Made by a program: the position numbers and the translations under genes
Part shown: in pieces, positions 29,162-37,502 of the stretch
Position numbering within the stretch: the stretch's first letter is position 1
Layout of the letters: every line of letters begins with the position of its first letter
The notes under the pieces: model-generated
Seen by the model: the letters and a program-made list of their open reading frames with translations, nothing else
Database searches by the model: none
Told to the model about the DNA's origin: nothing
From: Chlamydiota bacterium
Lineage (GTDB): Bacteria; Chlamydiota; Chlamydiia; Chlamydiales; JABHNK01
NCBI GenBank assembly: GCA_051744985.1
Contig: JBNJDP010000003.1
Coordinates: 310 to 64,309 of the forward strand
Direction of reading: 5' to 3'
DNA length: 64,000 nucleotides

Positions 29162-29458
29162 TTATGGCTCAAAATTATCAATAATTTTTTCTTCTACTAA
29201 CTGCAAGCCGGAAATAGAGGTCAAAGAGCGCTTAGTATCCCCCAAGCTATAGATTGTAAAACCTGGAGGTTCTGGAATACGCTTAAAAACCATCACACCG
29301 CTAGATGGAGGACAGTATTTATGCAAATAATTGATCACTGTTTCTGCTACTGAATCTTTTATTCCAGAGACGAAAACGTTAGGTCTTGGTTCAACAAACC
29401 AAAGTTTCATACGTCCTCTCACAGCTGGAGGCAGGTCATTAGCGACTACTACTAACAT
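29162..29458 (-). CDS. cas2: CRISPR-associated endoribonuclease Cas2, I-E type
   Basis: MLVVVANDLPPAVRGRMKLWFVEPRPNVFVSG parallels E. coli YgbF ([31 protein letters not shown]). Its ATG overlaps the cas1 TAA by 1 nt (TAATG). Confidence 0.9.
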   Translation of the reverse strand: MLVVVANDLPPAVRGRMKLWFVEPRPNVFVSGIKDSVAETVINYLHKYCPPSSGVMVFKRIPEPPGFTIYSLGDTKRSLTSISGLQLVEEKIIDNFEP

Positions 29459-30318
29459 TACAATCCCTTGAATAGAGTTTCTATATCTTTGCCTATCTGC
29501 GTTAAAAGCTTGCTGTCGATAACCCTTTTTCGGAATTCTTCAGCAACCCTATATTTATTATAAATTCCGGGCATTTCAAGCGTCAAAACAAAAGCCAGAT
29601 CAATACAAAGATTTTCTTTATAAAGATCTGCTAGATCATAGATAAAAGGTAAGGGAGACCCTGTATGTATAAAACCAATGTGAGGTGAATACCCTATGCT
29701 ATGAACTGCTGAAGAAAGAATTCCGTAAAGAGCGGCGTTAGTAGAAGTCAAAATTTGGTTAGTAATATCCCCTAATTCAAATTTACCAGGAACATAACGG
29801 CGCCCTTTCCAGCCAACTTTATATTGCTCTGCTTTTTGTTCATAGATTTGCTTCACACGATACCCTTCCATCCCTCTCATTTCATTAAGGTTTTTACCCT
29901 CTAATTCAACTTCAGGAAAACGCTTAACAAACATTCTACGTGCGACCTCTAGAGATTTTTTCCTATTGGTTGCCAGCAACATCTGTTTTCGAAAATTACG
30001 GGTATCAGCTGTAGGACTATAGCCCGCAGCATAAAATATCATGCTATCTTCACCAACCCAACAAATACTGCAGTTAGCCGCTGCCATCACCTTAACTGCC
30101 TCGTGAGTTATACTCGTCCCAGGACCTAACAAAAGACAGTTTAAGGTGGCAATAGGTAAGCGAATAACGCGGCAATCGCTATCGATCCATTTCACGCTGC
30201 TATCATCGATTTCTAAACGCCCGCGCTCTAGGTAGATAAAAGGATATTTATCTTTAACTTGAGGCAGGGTATCACGAGTAATCTTTACAAAAAGCCTAGG
30301 ACTTTGGTTCATCTTCAT
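29458..30318 (-). CDS. cas1: CRISPR-associated integrase Cas1, I-E type
   Basis: Colinear with E. coli YgbT as I recall it (LLGPGTSITHEAVKVMAAANCSICWVGE; GYSPHIGFIHTGSPLPFIYDLADLYK). The track starts at 30348. A likelier start is ATG 30318 or 30312, after GGAGAGG and overlapping the cas5 3' end. Confidence 0.9.
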   Translation of the reverse strand: MKMNQSPRLFVKITRDTLPQVKDKYPFIYLERGRLEIDDSSVKWIDSDCRVIRLPIATLNCLLLGPGTSITHEAVKVMAAANCSICWVGEDSMIFYAAGYSPTADTRNFRKQMLLATNRKKSLEVARRMFVKRFPEVELEGKNLNEMRGMEGYRVKQIYEQKAEQYKVGWKGRRYVPGKFELGDITNQILTSTNAALYGILSSAVHSIGYSPHIGFIHTGSPLPFIYDLADLYKENLCIDLAFVLTLEMPGIYNKYRVAEEFRKRVIDSKLLTQIGKDIETLFKGL

Positions 30319-31045
30319 CCTCTCCAGAATGATCGTCAGGATAGACAAGCGTTACTCTTCGATCGCTATATTTTTTATTGGTTCCGAATTGCAAAGGAAG
30401 ATCATTTAAAGTAAGCTGCTCATCTCCAAGATGCTCGCCTTGCAAAACCCTAAACTCTTCTTGAAGTTGCTTATTTTCCGCCAATACCTTAGATCTTTCA
30501 TGTGCCTCTTCCAAAGAATCAAATAATCCTTGAAAGACTATTTCAGAAGGCACACATGTTTTCCTGCCAAGGTAAAGCTCCCACGCTGGATTTGCAAGAG
30601 CTTGTACAAGGTCTTCAGATAAATCTTTAGGAACTTGTAGCAATACTGCAAAAACTGCGTCTTGCAAATAGTAGCGATAGGTCATCTTAGAGCCCCCTCC
30701 GACAGCTTTTCCTCCGTCAGATTTTTTAGGAATCAACAATGTTTGCCAAGGATCACGGTCATTATATCCGCTGCCTACCATCTGAAAATCCTCTAGCAAC
30801 GGCTCTTTAGAGTACTTGTTGCCTCGATGATCGGTTTTGCGATAACTGACAACTCTCATATCCATAGAAGAAAAGCTAGCAAGCAGGTCCTTCTGCTCAC
30901 CACCTTTTCCAAGGGCACAGCATAGGAGACCAATAACAGCTGATTTAGTCGGAAAAGAAAGGGTATCTCGCCGCCCAAACTTAGAATCGGCACCCCAAGA
31001 CTGCAACGGCGCTTCAAACCATAATACTAAATAAGGATCAGTCAT
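30296..31045 (-). CDS. cas5: Cascade subunit Cas5e (CasD)
   Basis: The N-terminus MTDPYLVLWFEAPLQSWGADSKFGRRDTLSFPTKSAVIGLLCCALG parallels E. coli CasD (YLILRLAGPMQAWG...RFPTRSGLLGLLGACLG). An AGGAG SD sits in the cas7 3' end. Confidence 0.85.
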   Translation of the reverse strand: MTDPYLVLWFEAPLQSWGADSKFGRRDTLSFPTKSAVIGLLCCALGKGGEQKDLLASFSSMDMRVVSYRKTDHRGNKYSKEPLLEDFQMVGSGYNDRDPWQTLLIPKKSDGGKAVGGGSKMTYRYYLQDAVFAVLLQVPKDLSEDLVQALANPAWELYLGRKTCVPSEIVFQGLFDSLEEAHERSKVLAENKQLQEEFRVLQGEHLGDEQLTLNDLPLQFGTNKKYSDRRVTLVYPDDHSGEDEDEPKS

Positions 31046-31047
31046 AG

Positions 31048-32097
31048 CTACTCCTGCGATTGCTCTGTCACCATAGCTGTTAACTTACCAACTAACTCAT
31101 CGATATTATGAGGAGGAAGTTCAAGTTCATCAATTTTGCCAAACAAAGAACCTGCCATAAGCTCTTTCTTGTCCAAATCACTATTTAAGGCCTCTATACT
31201 GGGCTGTAAATATCCGCCGCCATGGGCTTTAACAGGCTGATCGAAGTTAGCTTGTACTCCTTGGCCTTTACGCACTAAAACTTTCGCATAATCCCAAGCT
31301 GACAAGCCTGTCATGGTCGATTGACGAGCCATAGGTACTGCCATATAAAGCGCTTTGATGAAAGCTTTCAAAGCTTCTTCAAGGTTTTCTCCATGAAGGT
31401 TTTCATACAACTGCCCCAGGTCAAGGCTAATATAACGGTAATAGGTTGCCGAATTAAACTCTATGCTACCCATATGTGCCGACCCGGCATCTTCGCTACA
31501 ATCTAAAGGATCATCATCGACGGCAGTGAAGAATTCCACTTCATTAGCTACTTTATGAGTAGAAATGGCATGTGCAAATGAACAAGCAGCTTCAACATTC
31601 AAGCTAGAGGATTGGGCTACCATCCTGCCAAAGAGCGCAATATCGACACCTTCTACGGCAGGATTAAGAGCTTTTTTGGAGACCTTATGGATCTCCTTAT
31701 CTTTAAGTTTCTGGTCATCAAAATCATTACTTAAAGCATAGTCGGCAAAAGCTTGCGCTTCTCTTTCACTAAAAAATAAAAGAGTATCCTTGGTTAAAAA
31801 AGAGGCTATCTTTTCACCGCAAGCTAGAGCCCGCTCTTCATCGGCGCCGAGTTTTAAGCAAGCATCGCCAATAACCTCTTTAACATATTTAGTTCTCATT
31901 CCAAGCTTAACGCCGTATTCCTGCATAGTCAAACGTACAGGACGCTTCCAGGATTGCGAACTCACTCTAGCACGAGGAACGCCTCCTACTATAGCAGTCT
32001 TAGGGGCTCCCACATCATCCCTGTTTAAACAGGTCACGGGAAAAGATTGTAGGATATGGAATTCTATACGTAATTTTTTTAAAGGATTGTCTTTCAT
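31048..32097 (-). CDS. cas7: Cascade backbone subunit Cas7e (CasC)
   Basis: FHILQSFPVTCLNRDDVGAPKTAIVGGVPRARVSSQSWKR parallels E. coli CasC (HVLISHSPSCLNRDD...RVRISSQSLKR). Start moved to ATG 32097, preceded by AAGGAG (the track start 32211 adds a spurious hydrophobic extension). Confidence 0.9.
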   Translation of the reverse strand: MKDNPLKKLRIEFHILQSFPVTCLNRDDVGAPKTAIVGGVPRARVSSQSWKRPVRLTMQEYGVKLGMRTKYVKEVIGDACLKLGADEERALACGEKIASFLTKDTLLFFSEREAQAFADYALSNDFDDQKLKDKEIHKVSKKALNPAVEGVDIALFGRMVAQSSSLNVEAACSFAHAISTHKVANEVEFFTAVDDDPLDCSEDAGSAHMGSIEFNSATYYRYISLDLGQLYENLHGENLEEALKAFIKALYMAVPMARQSTMTGLSAWDYAKVLVRKGQGVQANFDQPVKAHGGGYLQPSIEALNSDLDKKELMAGSLFGKIDELELPPHNIDELVGKLTAMVTEQSQE

Positions 32098-32125
32098 AAT
32101 GTTCTCCTTGTTAAAAGATCTTAAA

Positions 32126-32767
32126 TTAAAATTTATGGTCAAGAGGGACAAGTTGTAGCAAGCCAAAGCCAAAAGCTTTACCACGGCCAATACCACCAAG
32201 AAAGCTTTCAATAAAAGTTTCCCGATCTTTGACGGTCAAAGTACCTTTTAAAACAGCCTTATTGTAAACAACTTTATTATTATCCTTTTCAAACTGGATA
32301 AGCGACTTATTCACAATTTGGAGGCTTTGAAGATCGATATCAAAGCCCCAAGACTTGCGCCCTCTCTCAATCGACCAAGCAATAATATCCTCATGCTGAC
32401 GAATAGGGACTATTTTACCTGTCGCTTTGCAACGTTTCACAGGGTTTAAGGTAACCTCAAAGCCATAGCATTCATGTTGCACAAACTTTGGTCTGATAAT
32501 TTTACTTTCTACTTCACCAAATTGAGGCGTCTGGTGAGGCTTGCGGTCGGAAAGCATCAAGATTTGGCGAGAGTTAAAATCACCTCCCTTATCGGCCCAC
32601 AAAATTCCGCTAGAATGCCCTTGAGCTTTTTGTTCTTCAGACCTATGGTCTTCGTAGAGACCATAGACGACTTTATGCAAGCTATAGAGATCTTTAATCT
32701 TAAGAACAGCTATATCCCTACGAGAAAGTCGCAATACTGAAGCATATGATAAAACTTCTTCATCCAT
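32126..32767 (-). CDS. cas6e: CRISPR RNA endonuclease Cas6e (CasE)
   Basis: The C-terminal GGIGRGKAFGFGLLQLVPL matches the CasE glycine-rich loop (E. coli GIGPAKSMGCGLLSLAPL). Start moved to ATG 32767 after AAGGAGGAGG, overlapping the cse2 stop by 8 nt (ATGGATGA). Confidence 0.85.
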   Translation of the reverse strand: MDEEVLSYASVLRLSRRDIAVLKIKDLYSLHKVVYGLYEDHRSEEQKAQGHSSGILWADKGGDFNSRQILMLSDRKPHQTPQFGEVESKIIRPKFVQHECYGFEVTLNPVKRCKATGKIVPIRQHEDIIAWSIERGRKSWGFDIDLQSLQIVNKSLIQFEKDNNKVVYNKAVLKGTLTVKDRETFIESFLGGIGRGKAFGFGLLQLVPLDHKF

Positions 32768-33275
32768 CGCTAACCTCCTCCTTATATGATTTACCGTAAA
32801 AATCTTGAGCCCAACGCGCTTTAATCCGCTTACGAGATTCATCATAATTGAAGCGCAGCAGGTCATCTAAAAGAGCCTCATAATCCAAGTTAAGACCGCC
32901 TTTAGAGGCTATCAAGCTCAACAAGGGGCGTAGAATACGGCAAACTTCGGGAATGTTGTCACAAGCTAATAAGCGTCGCAATTTAGCTTTAGCTTGATCA
33001 CTTTCCTTACCGTCATCATAACAGCGAGCAATAGCCATTCCTATTGTGATACTGCCATTACTTTGAGGTTTAGCGGCAGCAATATCAGAAGCTACAGCAG
33101 CAAAAGGTAAGCGTTCATAATCATGCTCCAAGTTTATTCCAAAGCCTGCCAAAATCTCCCAGGATTGATACTCCGTAGTAGGGTTGTCAGCTCTACGCAA
33201 TGCAGCAGCATCACCTTTATTGGCTTCGACTCTTTTGATAATATAATCTACAAATTTTTGACTTCGCTCGCTCAT
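32760..33275 (-). CDS. cse2: Cascade small subunit Cse2 (CasB/Cas11e)
   Basis: 171-aa helical protein in the expected position and of the expected size. Contains AALRRADNP and ...LRRLLACD..., with a C-terminal W-containing segment as in CasB. AAGGAG SD present. Confidence 0.75.
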   Translation of the reverse strand: MSERSQKFVDYIIKRVEANKGDAAALRRADNPTTEYQSWEILAGFGINLEHDYERLPFAAVASDIAAAKPQSNGSITIGMAIARCYDDGKESDQAKAKLRRLLACDNIPEVCRILRPLLSLIASKGGLNLDYEALLDDLLRFNYDESRKRIKARWAQDFYGKSYKEEVSDG

Positions 33276-33299
33276 AAGCGCTCCTTATATCAATACTTG

Positions 33300-34787
33300 T
33301 TATTCTTTAGAGAGGTATTTACCTATATTAGGTCGGCATTGCGACCAAGCATCAAGCTGTCTAGAGGTTTCTCTAGGACAAAGTTGTCCATATACTTGAT
33401 ATACGAATCCAGCAAAATTTTTACGCAACTGATAGCGCTCAACTTCTTTAGCATCAATCAAGACCATTAGCAATTCTTGAAAGCGGCTTTCCGAGAGCTG
33501 CCAGAATAAATTCGTTGCTCTAGAAGCTTGAGCTCTCCCTTCAGTTTTTAAAACCTTATAATAGCTTAATACACAACCGTATAAAAATTTTGACAGGCCA
33601 TCGAGTCCCTCCATTTCCTCTTTTAAACGCTGAAACCAGCTACTTCCCAGTACTTCGACAGGCAACTTAATCAAAGATTCTACAAAGTCGTCTGAACCAG
33701 AAACATACTGTTCTCCAGCATTACTGCTTACAGCTAATCCTCCAGACCACAAGGCAACTTCTTGAAGTTCTTCTGTAGCATGTTTTAGCCCATATTCTAG
33801 CTGCATACAATTATATTTCTCTTTAGAGGAAGCGGAAGACATAAAACTCAACAACGAGGTCAACATTCGCCACGGCCTCTTTTGAGGGTCTACCCAAATA
33901 ACTTTATTTTTCAAATAACTAATGGAAACGCTAGGATCAGCCATACCATCCTTATAATTTAAGTGTGATATACCTTCCGTATAATGAATGCCTTCGTCAG
34001 CAAGTAGAACAAAACGGCTCATAGGGATCAAGCGTCCCATTAAAGAGAAGGTTAAATCTCTAGCAACCTGATCATCTTCACCTTCCGGCATCTGTTCCCA
34101 AGGAGCTTTTCCTATCCCCGCGGTAAAATGAAGATGTTCTTGAAGATTTAAGTGAGGGATCAAGTTAAGCCAAAGAGTTTCACAAATCGATACCCCTTGA
34201 ATAAAATTATGCAAGTACCCTTTAAAACCTAGGGAAGTGCCGGTGGAGCCGGTTGTTTGCTTACCATTTTCTTTGGTTTTCCCTCTGTAACCTGGAGTTA
34301 GCACTACGCTATTATCGGTCTTTTTACCCCCTAGACCAAATCCCATCAGCTGAAGGACCACCAAAGCTTTTTCAGCATCATTAAGAGGCTTTTCCTGCTG
34401 TATTTCAGTAAGCAGTGTTGTATTACCAGTCGCCACCTCAGGCAATACAGCACCAAAAGGCTGAATAGCTGCTTCAGAAACGGCCTTGATCTGTAAAAAA
34501 GGCTTTTCACCATATAGGTAAAAGCTATCGTACCAATGATGCAAATAATCTAGACAAACTTCTGATAACCCTTGGGCACCTAATTGTTGCCAATCCTCAT
34601 CATCTTGAGGAGTATAAGCACTTTGAGCAATAGCCAACAGCAATTTTGTTACTGCTATTTTTTGAACCGGGTTACCACCTAAAGCTTTCAAGCTATGATT
34701 ACTGAAAATTTCTTGCAGGCTTACAAAGCCAACATCGGCGACGGGAATCCAAGGTTCATCGATTAAGTTAAAGTGATTTTCTATCAT
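33300..34787 (-). CDS. cse1: Cascade large subunit Cse1 (CasA/Cas8e)
   Basis: MIENHFNLIDEPWIPV parallels E. coli CasA MNLLIDNWIPV. Start moved to ATG 34787 after AGGAG (the track start is 34856). The cas3 TAG stop sits inside this SD. Confidence 0.85.
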   Translation of the reverse strand: MIENHFNLIDEPWIPVADVGFVSLQEIFSNHSLKALGGNPVQKIAVTKLLLAIAQSAYTPQDDEDWQQLGAQGLSEVCLDYLHHWYDSFYLYGEKPFLQIKAVSEAAIQPFGAVLPEVATGNTTLLTEIQQEKPLNDAEKALVVLQLMGFGLGGKKTDNSVVLTPGYRGKTKENGKQTTGSTGTSLGFKGYLHNFIQGVSICETLWLNLIPHLNLQEHLHFTAGIGKAPWEQMPEGEDDQVARDLTFSLMGRLIPMSRFVLLADEGIHYTEGISHLNYKDGMADPSVSISYLKNKVIWVDPQKRPWRMLTSLLSFMSSASSKEKYNCMQLEYGLKHATEELQEVALWSGGLAVSSNAGEQYVSGSDDFVESLIKLPVEVLGSSWFQRLKEEMEGLDGLSKFLYGCVLSYYKVLKTEGRAQASRATNLFWQLSESRFQELLMVLIDAKEVERYQLRKNFAGFVYQVYGQLCPRETSRQLDAWSQCRPNIGKYLSKE

Positions 34788-34794
34788 AGTTCTC

Positions 34795-37389
34795 CTACTC
34801 TCTCTTTTTAACCCAATACCCCGAATCAGCACTATAGTAGATATCGTACTTATCATTGGGTTCTTCTCTACCTTTTAAACCAACTAATAGCTGATCATCT
34901 CTTACCATTCCGACTCTAACATTAGCTTCGCTCTGATCCGGCGGCCCTAGATAAAGATAATCTTTCAACCATCCTAGCATTCTAGCATTCTGATGAGCTG
35001 GAGCAAGGTAATCGGCTACTGCAACTATATTATCATTTAATTTTGCTGCAAGTTTACGCCTTATCCAAGGGCCAAAGGCCATACCATTATGTGGCAAAAA
35101 AAGTCGTTCCCCGTTTAATAGGGTCACCCATGTCCCTTTTTGACCGGAATGGCTTTGATTCTGCTCTACTTTCCGAAATAATAAGACTTCCAAAGTATCT
35201 TGCTCGGAATAACGGGTAGCAACATTTTCATCGGGTTTAGTTTGCCCTATTTTTGATAGTCCCACTAAAGCGAGGTTATGTAACTTACGGCGTTGCTGCT
35301 CAACTTGATAAAGGTGACTAGCCATAGCTCCGCTTTCCGAACGCTCTTGATAGGTGGCCTCTATTAAATTTCGTATATCAATAGGCAATCTAACTCTTTC
35401 AAGATCTCTCCAAACCTCTAAGGTACGACATAAAACATATGGCATATAAACTTTAGCTGACTTCCCAAAATATTTTTCCGGCTTAGATATTGATGGTGCT
35501 AATTCTGGTGCTAAAACCCAGATTTCTGGTCGTGCCTTAGGGTTCCTATGAGGGTTGTCATGGCGCCATAGACGTCCCGTCCGTTGCAATAGCATATCAG
35601 TAGGCGCTAAGCGAGTGACTAAAAAATCGGCATCGATATCTAGTGACTGCTCTAAAACCTGGGTACCCACTAAAATACGCCCTTGCTGGGAGCGCTGTGC
35701 CCAGCCGCCTTTCCCATAACGAGCAACCCAATAATCTTCATTTTTTTTTCGGTGTTCTTTAATAAATCGAGAATGCAATAAGCCAACTTGAACGCCTAGT
35801 TCTCTAGCTCTAGCAGATAGAATTAGATAGATATCTTGAGCCTCAGCAACAGTGTTCTCTATCCATAAAACCTGCTCTCCGCCTTCAGCTCTATTAATAG
35901 CTTCCTCTAAAGCATCGCTATCATCAGATACTATAGTCGTCTTCACTGCAAGATCTATAGGAGCTATGGCGCCCTCTTCATGAAAATCATCACCTTCAGG
36001 GCCTTCTGCTGTTATCAGCGGGTAGCTGTTATTATGGACAGAGTTTTTTAGAAGCTGTTGTCTGCGCAATTGCGTGAGAGTGGCACTTAGTATGATAACA
36101 GTACAGCCTATTTGCCGCAGAGCATCAACCAGCTCATCTATGATGGTTCCGGTATAGGCATCATAAGTATGAACTTCATCTAAGATAACCACCTTGCCTA
36201 TCAGCCCAAAGGTCCTCACAAATCCATGCTTAACATGAAGCACTGCCATAAGGGCTTGGTCAACGGTACCAACGGCAAAGGGGGCCAAAATACCGCGTTT
36301 ACTCTGGCTAAACCAAGAATGACCTGGAGCCCCCTCTTTTCCCATGAGTGTTTGAATGATCCAAGCTTGGCTATGACATAAAATAGGATGACCATGTAAA
36401 GATTCGGGAGTAAGTATCTTTTTTAAAAAAGCTTCCATTCTCTCATGAATTTTTTCGGAAGTAAGCTGGGTAGGTAAAGCAAAATAAATTCCTGAAGCTT
36501 CTCCTTTTTCAAGGATCCTATAAGCGACATATAGGGCTGCTTCCGTCTTACCCACTCCCATAGGAGCTTCTAAGATATAAACTCCTGGACCTTTCGAGAG
36601 GTCTATCATCCTAGATTGAATTTCCCATGGATCGAAATCAAAAACATCTTTAAAACCCAGGCCTTTTTTCAGTTGTGGTGGAACAAAACCCGCCCAATCG
36701 ACAGAGGCTGAAATTTTTTGCTGCCAACTTTCATTAGGGTCATCAAAGAGGTTGCTCGAGCCTATCCAGTCCGCTACGGTCGTTAAACCAGCGACAACTT
36801 TAGCTTGCAAAGGATCCTTAATATATGGGAAATCTAGCTGCAAAGATTGAGATAATTTTTCCGATAGCTCTAAGCGCTTTTCCAACCACGGTTGCCCCCC
36901 AAAAACTTGAGATGCTGGAGGCTTATGGCCCAAGTTAGGAGAAAAGCCATGATGCTGACCAACAATTTCTGGAATAAAACCTTCAGCTTTCAAATACTTC
37001 AAAGTAGATTGACTAACTCCAGCATGTCCACCCCAATCTGACTCATCGAACGTCGCGGTTTGGAGCTTTTCCCAAATATCAGGAGGGGTATCGGTCAAAT
37101 TTTTGTAAATTTTACGCTGAAAAGTCGGTGAAATTTTACCTATATCATGCTCAGCAGCTACTAACCCAACACCTTTAGGAAAAAACTTTTTAGCAAATTG
37201 TTCGGGTAGACGATCAATCAAAGACTGAGCTACCTTAGCAACGATCATACAGTGGCTATAAACATCGCGACCAGCGACAACCTCTCCACCTGATTTTTTC
37301 CAAGTTTTCGCTAGACATTCTCCCAACTTTAGAGGAGGAAAATCCTCTTGATGCTCCGATTTTTTTCTTCGATAATGCCCCCCTAACAT
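34795..37389 (-). CDS. cas3: Cas3 HD-nuclease/SF2 helicase, I-E type
   Basis: N-terminal HD domain (HCMIVAKV..., AAEHDIGKISPTFQ). Helicase motif I APMGVGKTEAAL and motif II ILDEVH. 864 aa with no internal stops. GGAGG SD lies 7 nt before the ATG. Confidence 0.92.
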   Translation of the reverse strand: MLGGHYRRKKSEHQEDFPPLKLGECLAKTWKKSGGEVVAGRDVYSHCMIVAKVAQSLIDRLPEQFAKKFFPKGVGLVAAEHDIGKISPTFQRKIYKNLTDTPPDIWEKLQTATFDESDWGGHAGVSQSTLKYLKAEGFIPEIVGQHHGFSPNLGHKPPASQVFGGQPWLEKRLELSEKLSQSLQLDFPYIKDPLQAKVVAGLTTVADWIGSSNLFDDPNESWQQKISASVDWAGFVPPQLKKGLGFKDVFDFDPWEIQSRMIDLSKGPGVYILEAPMGVGKTEAALYVAYRILEKGEASGIYFALPTQLTSEKIHERMEAFLKKILTPESLHGHPILCHSQAWIIQTLMGKEGAPGHSWFSQSKRGILAPFAVGTVDQALMAVLHVKHGFVRTFGLIGKVVILDEVHTYDAYTGTIIDELVDALRQIGCTVIILSATLTQLRRQQLLKNSVHNNSYPLITAEGPEGDDFHEEGAIAPIDLAVKTTIVSDDSDALEEAINRAEGGEQVLWIENTVAEAQDIYLILSARARELGVQVGLLHSRFIKEHRKKNEDYWVARYGKGGWAQRSQQGRILVGTQVLEQSLDIDADFLVTRLAPTDMLLQRTGRLWRHDNPHRNPKARPEIWVLAPELAPSISKPEKYFGKSAKVYMPYVLCRTLEVWRDLERVRLPIDIRNLIEATYQERSESGAMASHLYQVEQQRRKLHNLALVGLSKIGQTKPDENVATRYSEQDTLEVLLFRKVEQNQSHSGQKGTWVTLLNGERLFLPHNGMAFGPWIRRKLAAKLNDNIVAVADYLAPAHQNARMLGWLKDYLYLGPPDQSEANVRVGMVRDDQLLVGLKGREEPNDKYDIYYSADSGYWVKKRE

Positions 37390-37410
37390 ATCTCGCCTCC
37401 TATATAAATT

Positions 37411-37438
37411 ATTATGCAGAGGGGATAAAATAGGTCAA
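37411..37438 (-). promoter_or_regulatory. Candidate sigma70-type promoter of the cas operon
   Basis: On the minus strand, TTGACC (37438-37433), a 16-nt spacer, then CATAAT (37416-37411). This sits about 22 nt upstream of the cas3 ATG at 37389, with the GGAGG SD between them. Confidence 0.35.
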
Positions 37439-37502
37439 ATAAAAGTTTACAAAAGGTCTTTACTTTAGATAAAGAAGTGAACCGCTAATATACGGCGAAG
37501 AA

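Noticed and set aside
27426-29252. About a dozen ORF-track proteins on both strands with recurring peptides (KHPHVRGET, ETPPRAWGN, NTPTCVGKP, FPHARGGVS, SPRTWGCF, FPTHVGVF), some up to 148 aa
   Set aside because: They are translations of the CRISPR array. The 28-nt repeat has no stop codon in any of the six frames, and the 61-nt period rotates the frame by one each unit. Long open frames therefore arise by chance wherever the spacers lack stops.
32098-34856. N-terminal extensions in the ORF track for cas7 (38 aa), cas6e (33 aa), cse1 (23 aa), and likewise dnaN, uvdE, DUF721, sucA and GT2
   Set aside because: The track takes the longest ORF and allows TTG/GTG starts. In each case an internal ATG with a good SD restores alignment with the known family N-terminus. 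For uvdE the extension would overlap a tRNA gene.
37421-37429. GGGGATAAA upstream of cas3, resembling the 3' part of the E. coli I-E repeat (GGGGATAAACCG)
   Set aside because: It is a single 9-nt match on the opposite strand from the array. It lacks the stem partner or any periodic neighbour, and it differs from this locus's own repeat. It is not a second array or a degenerate repeat.
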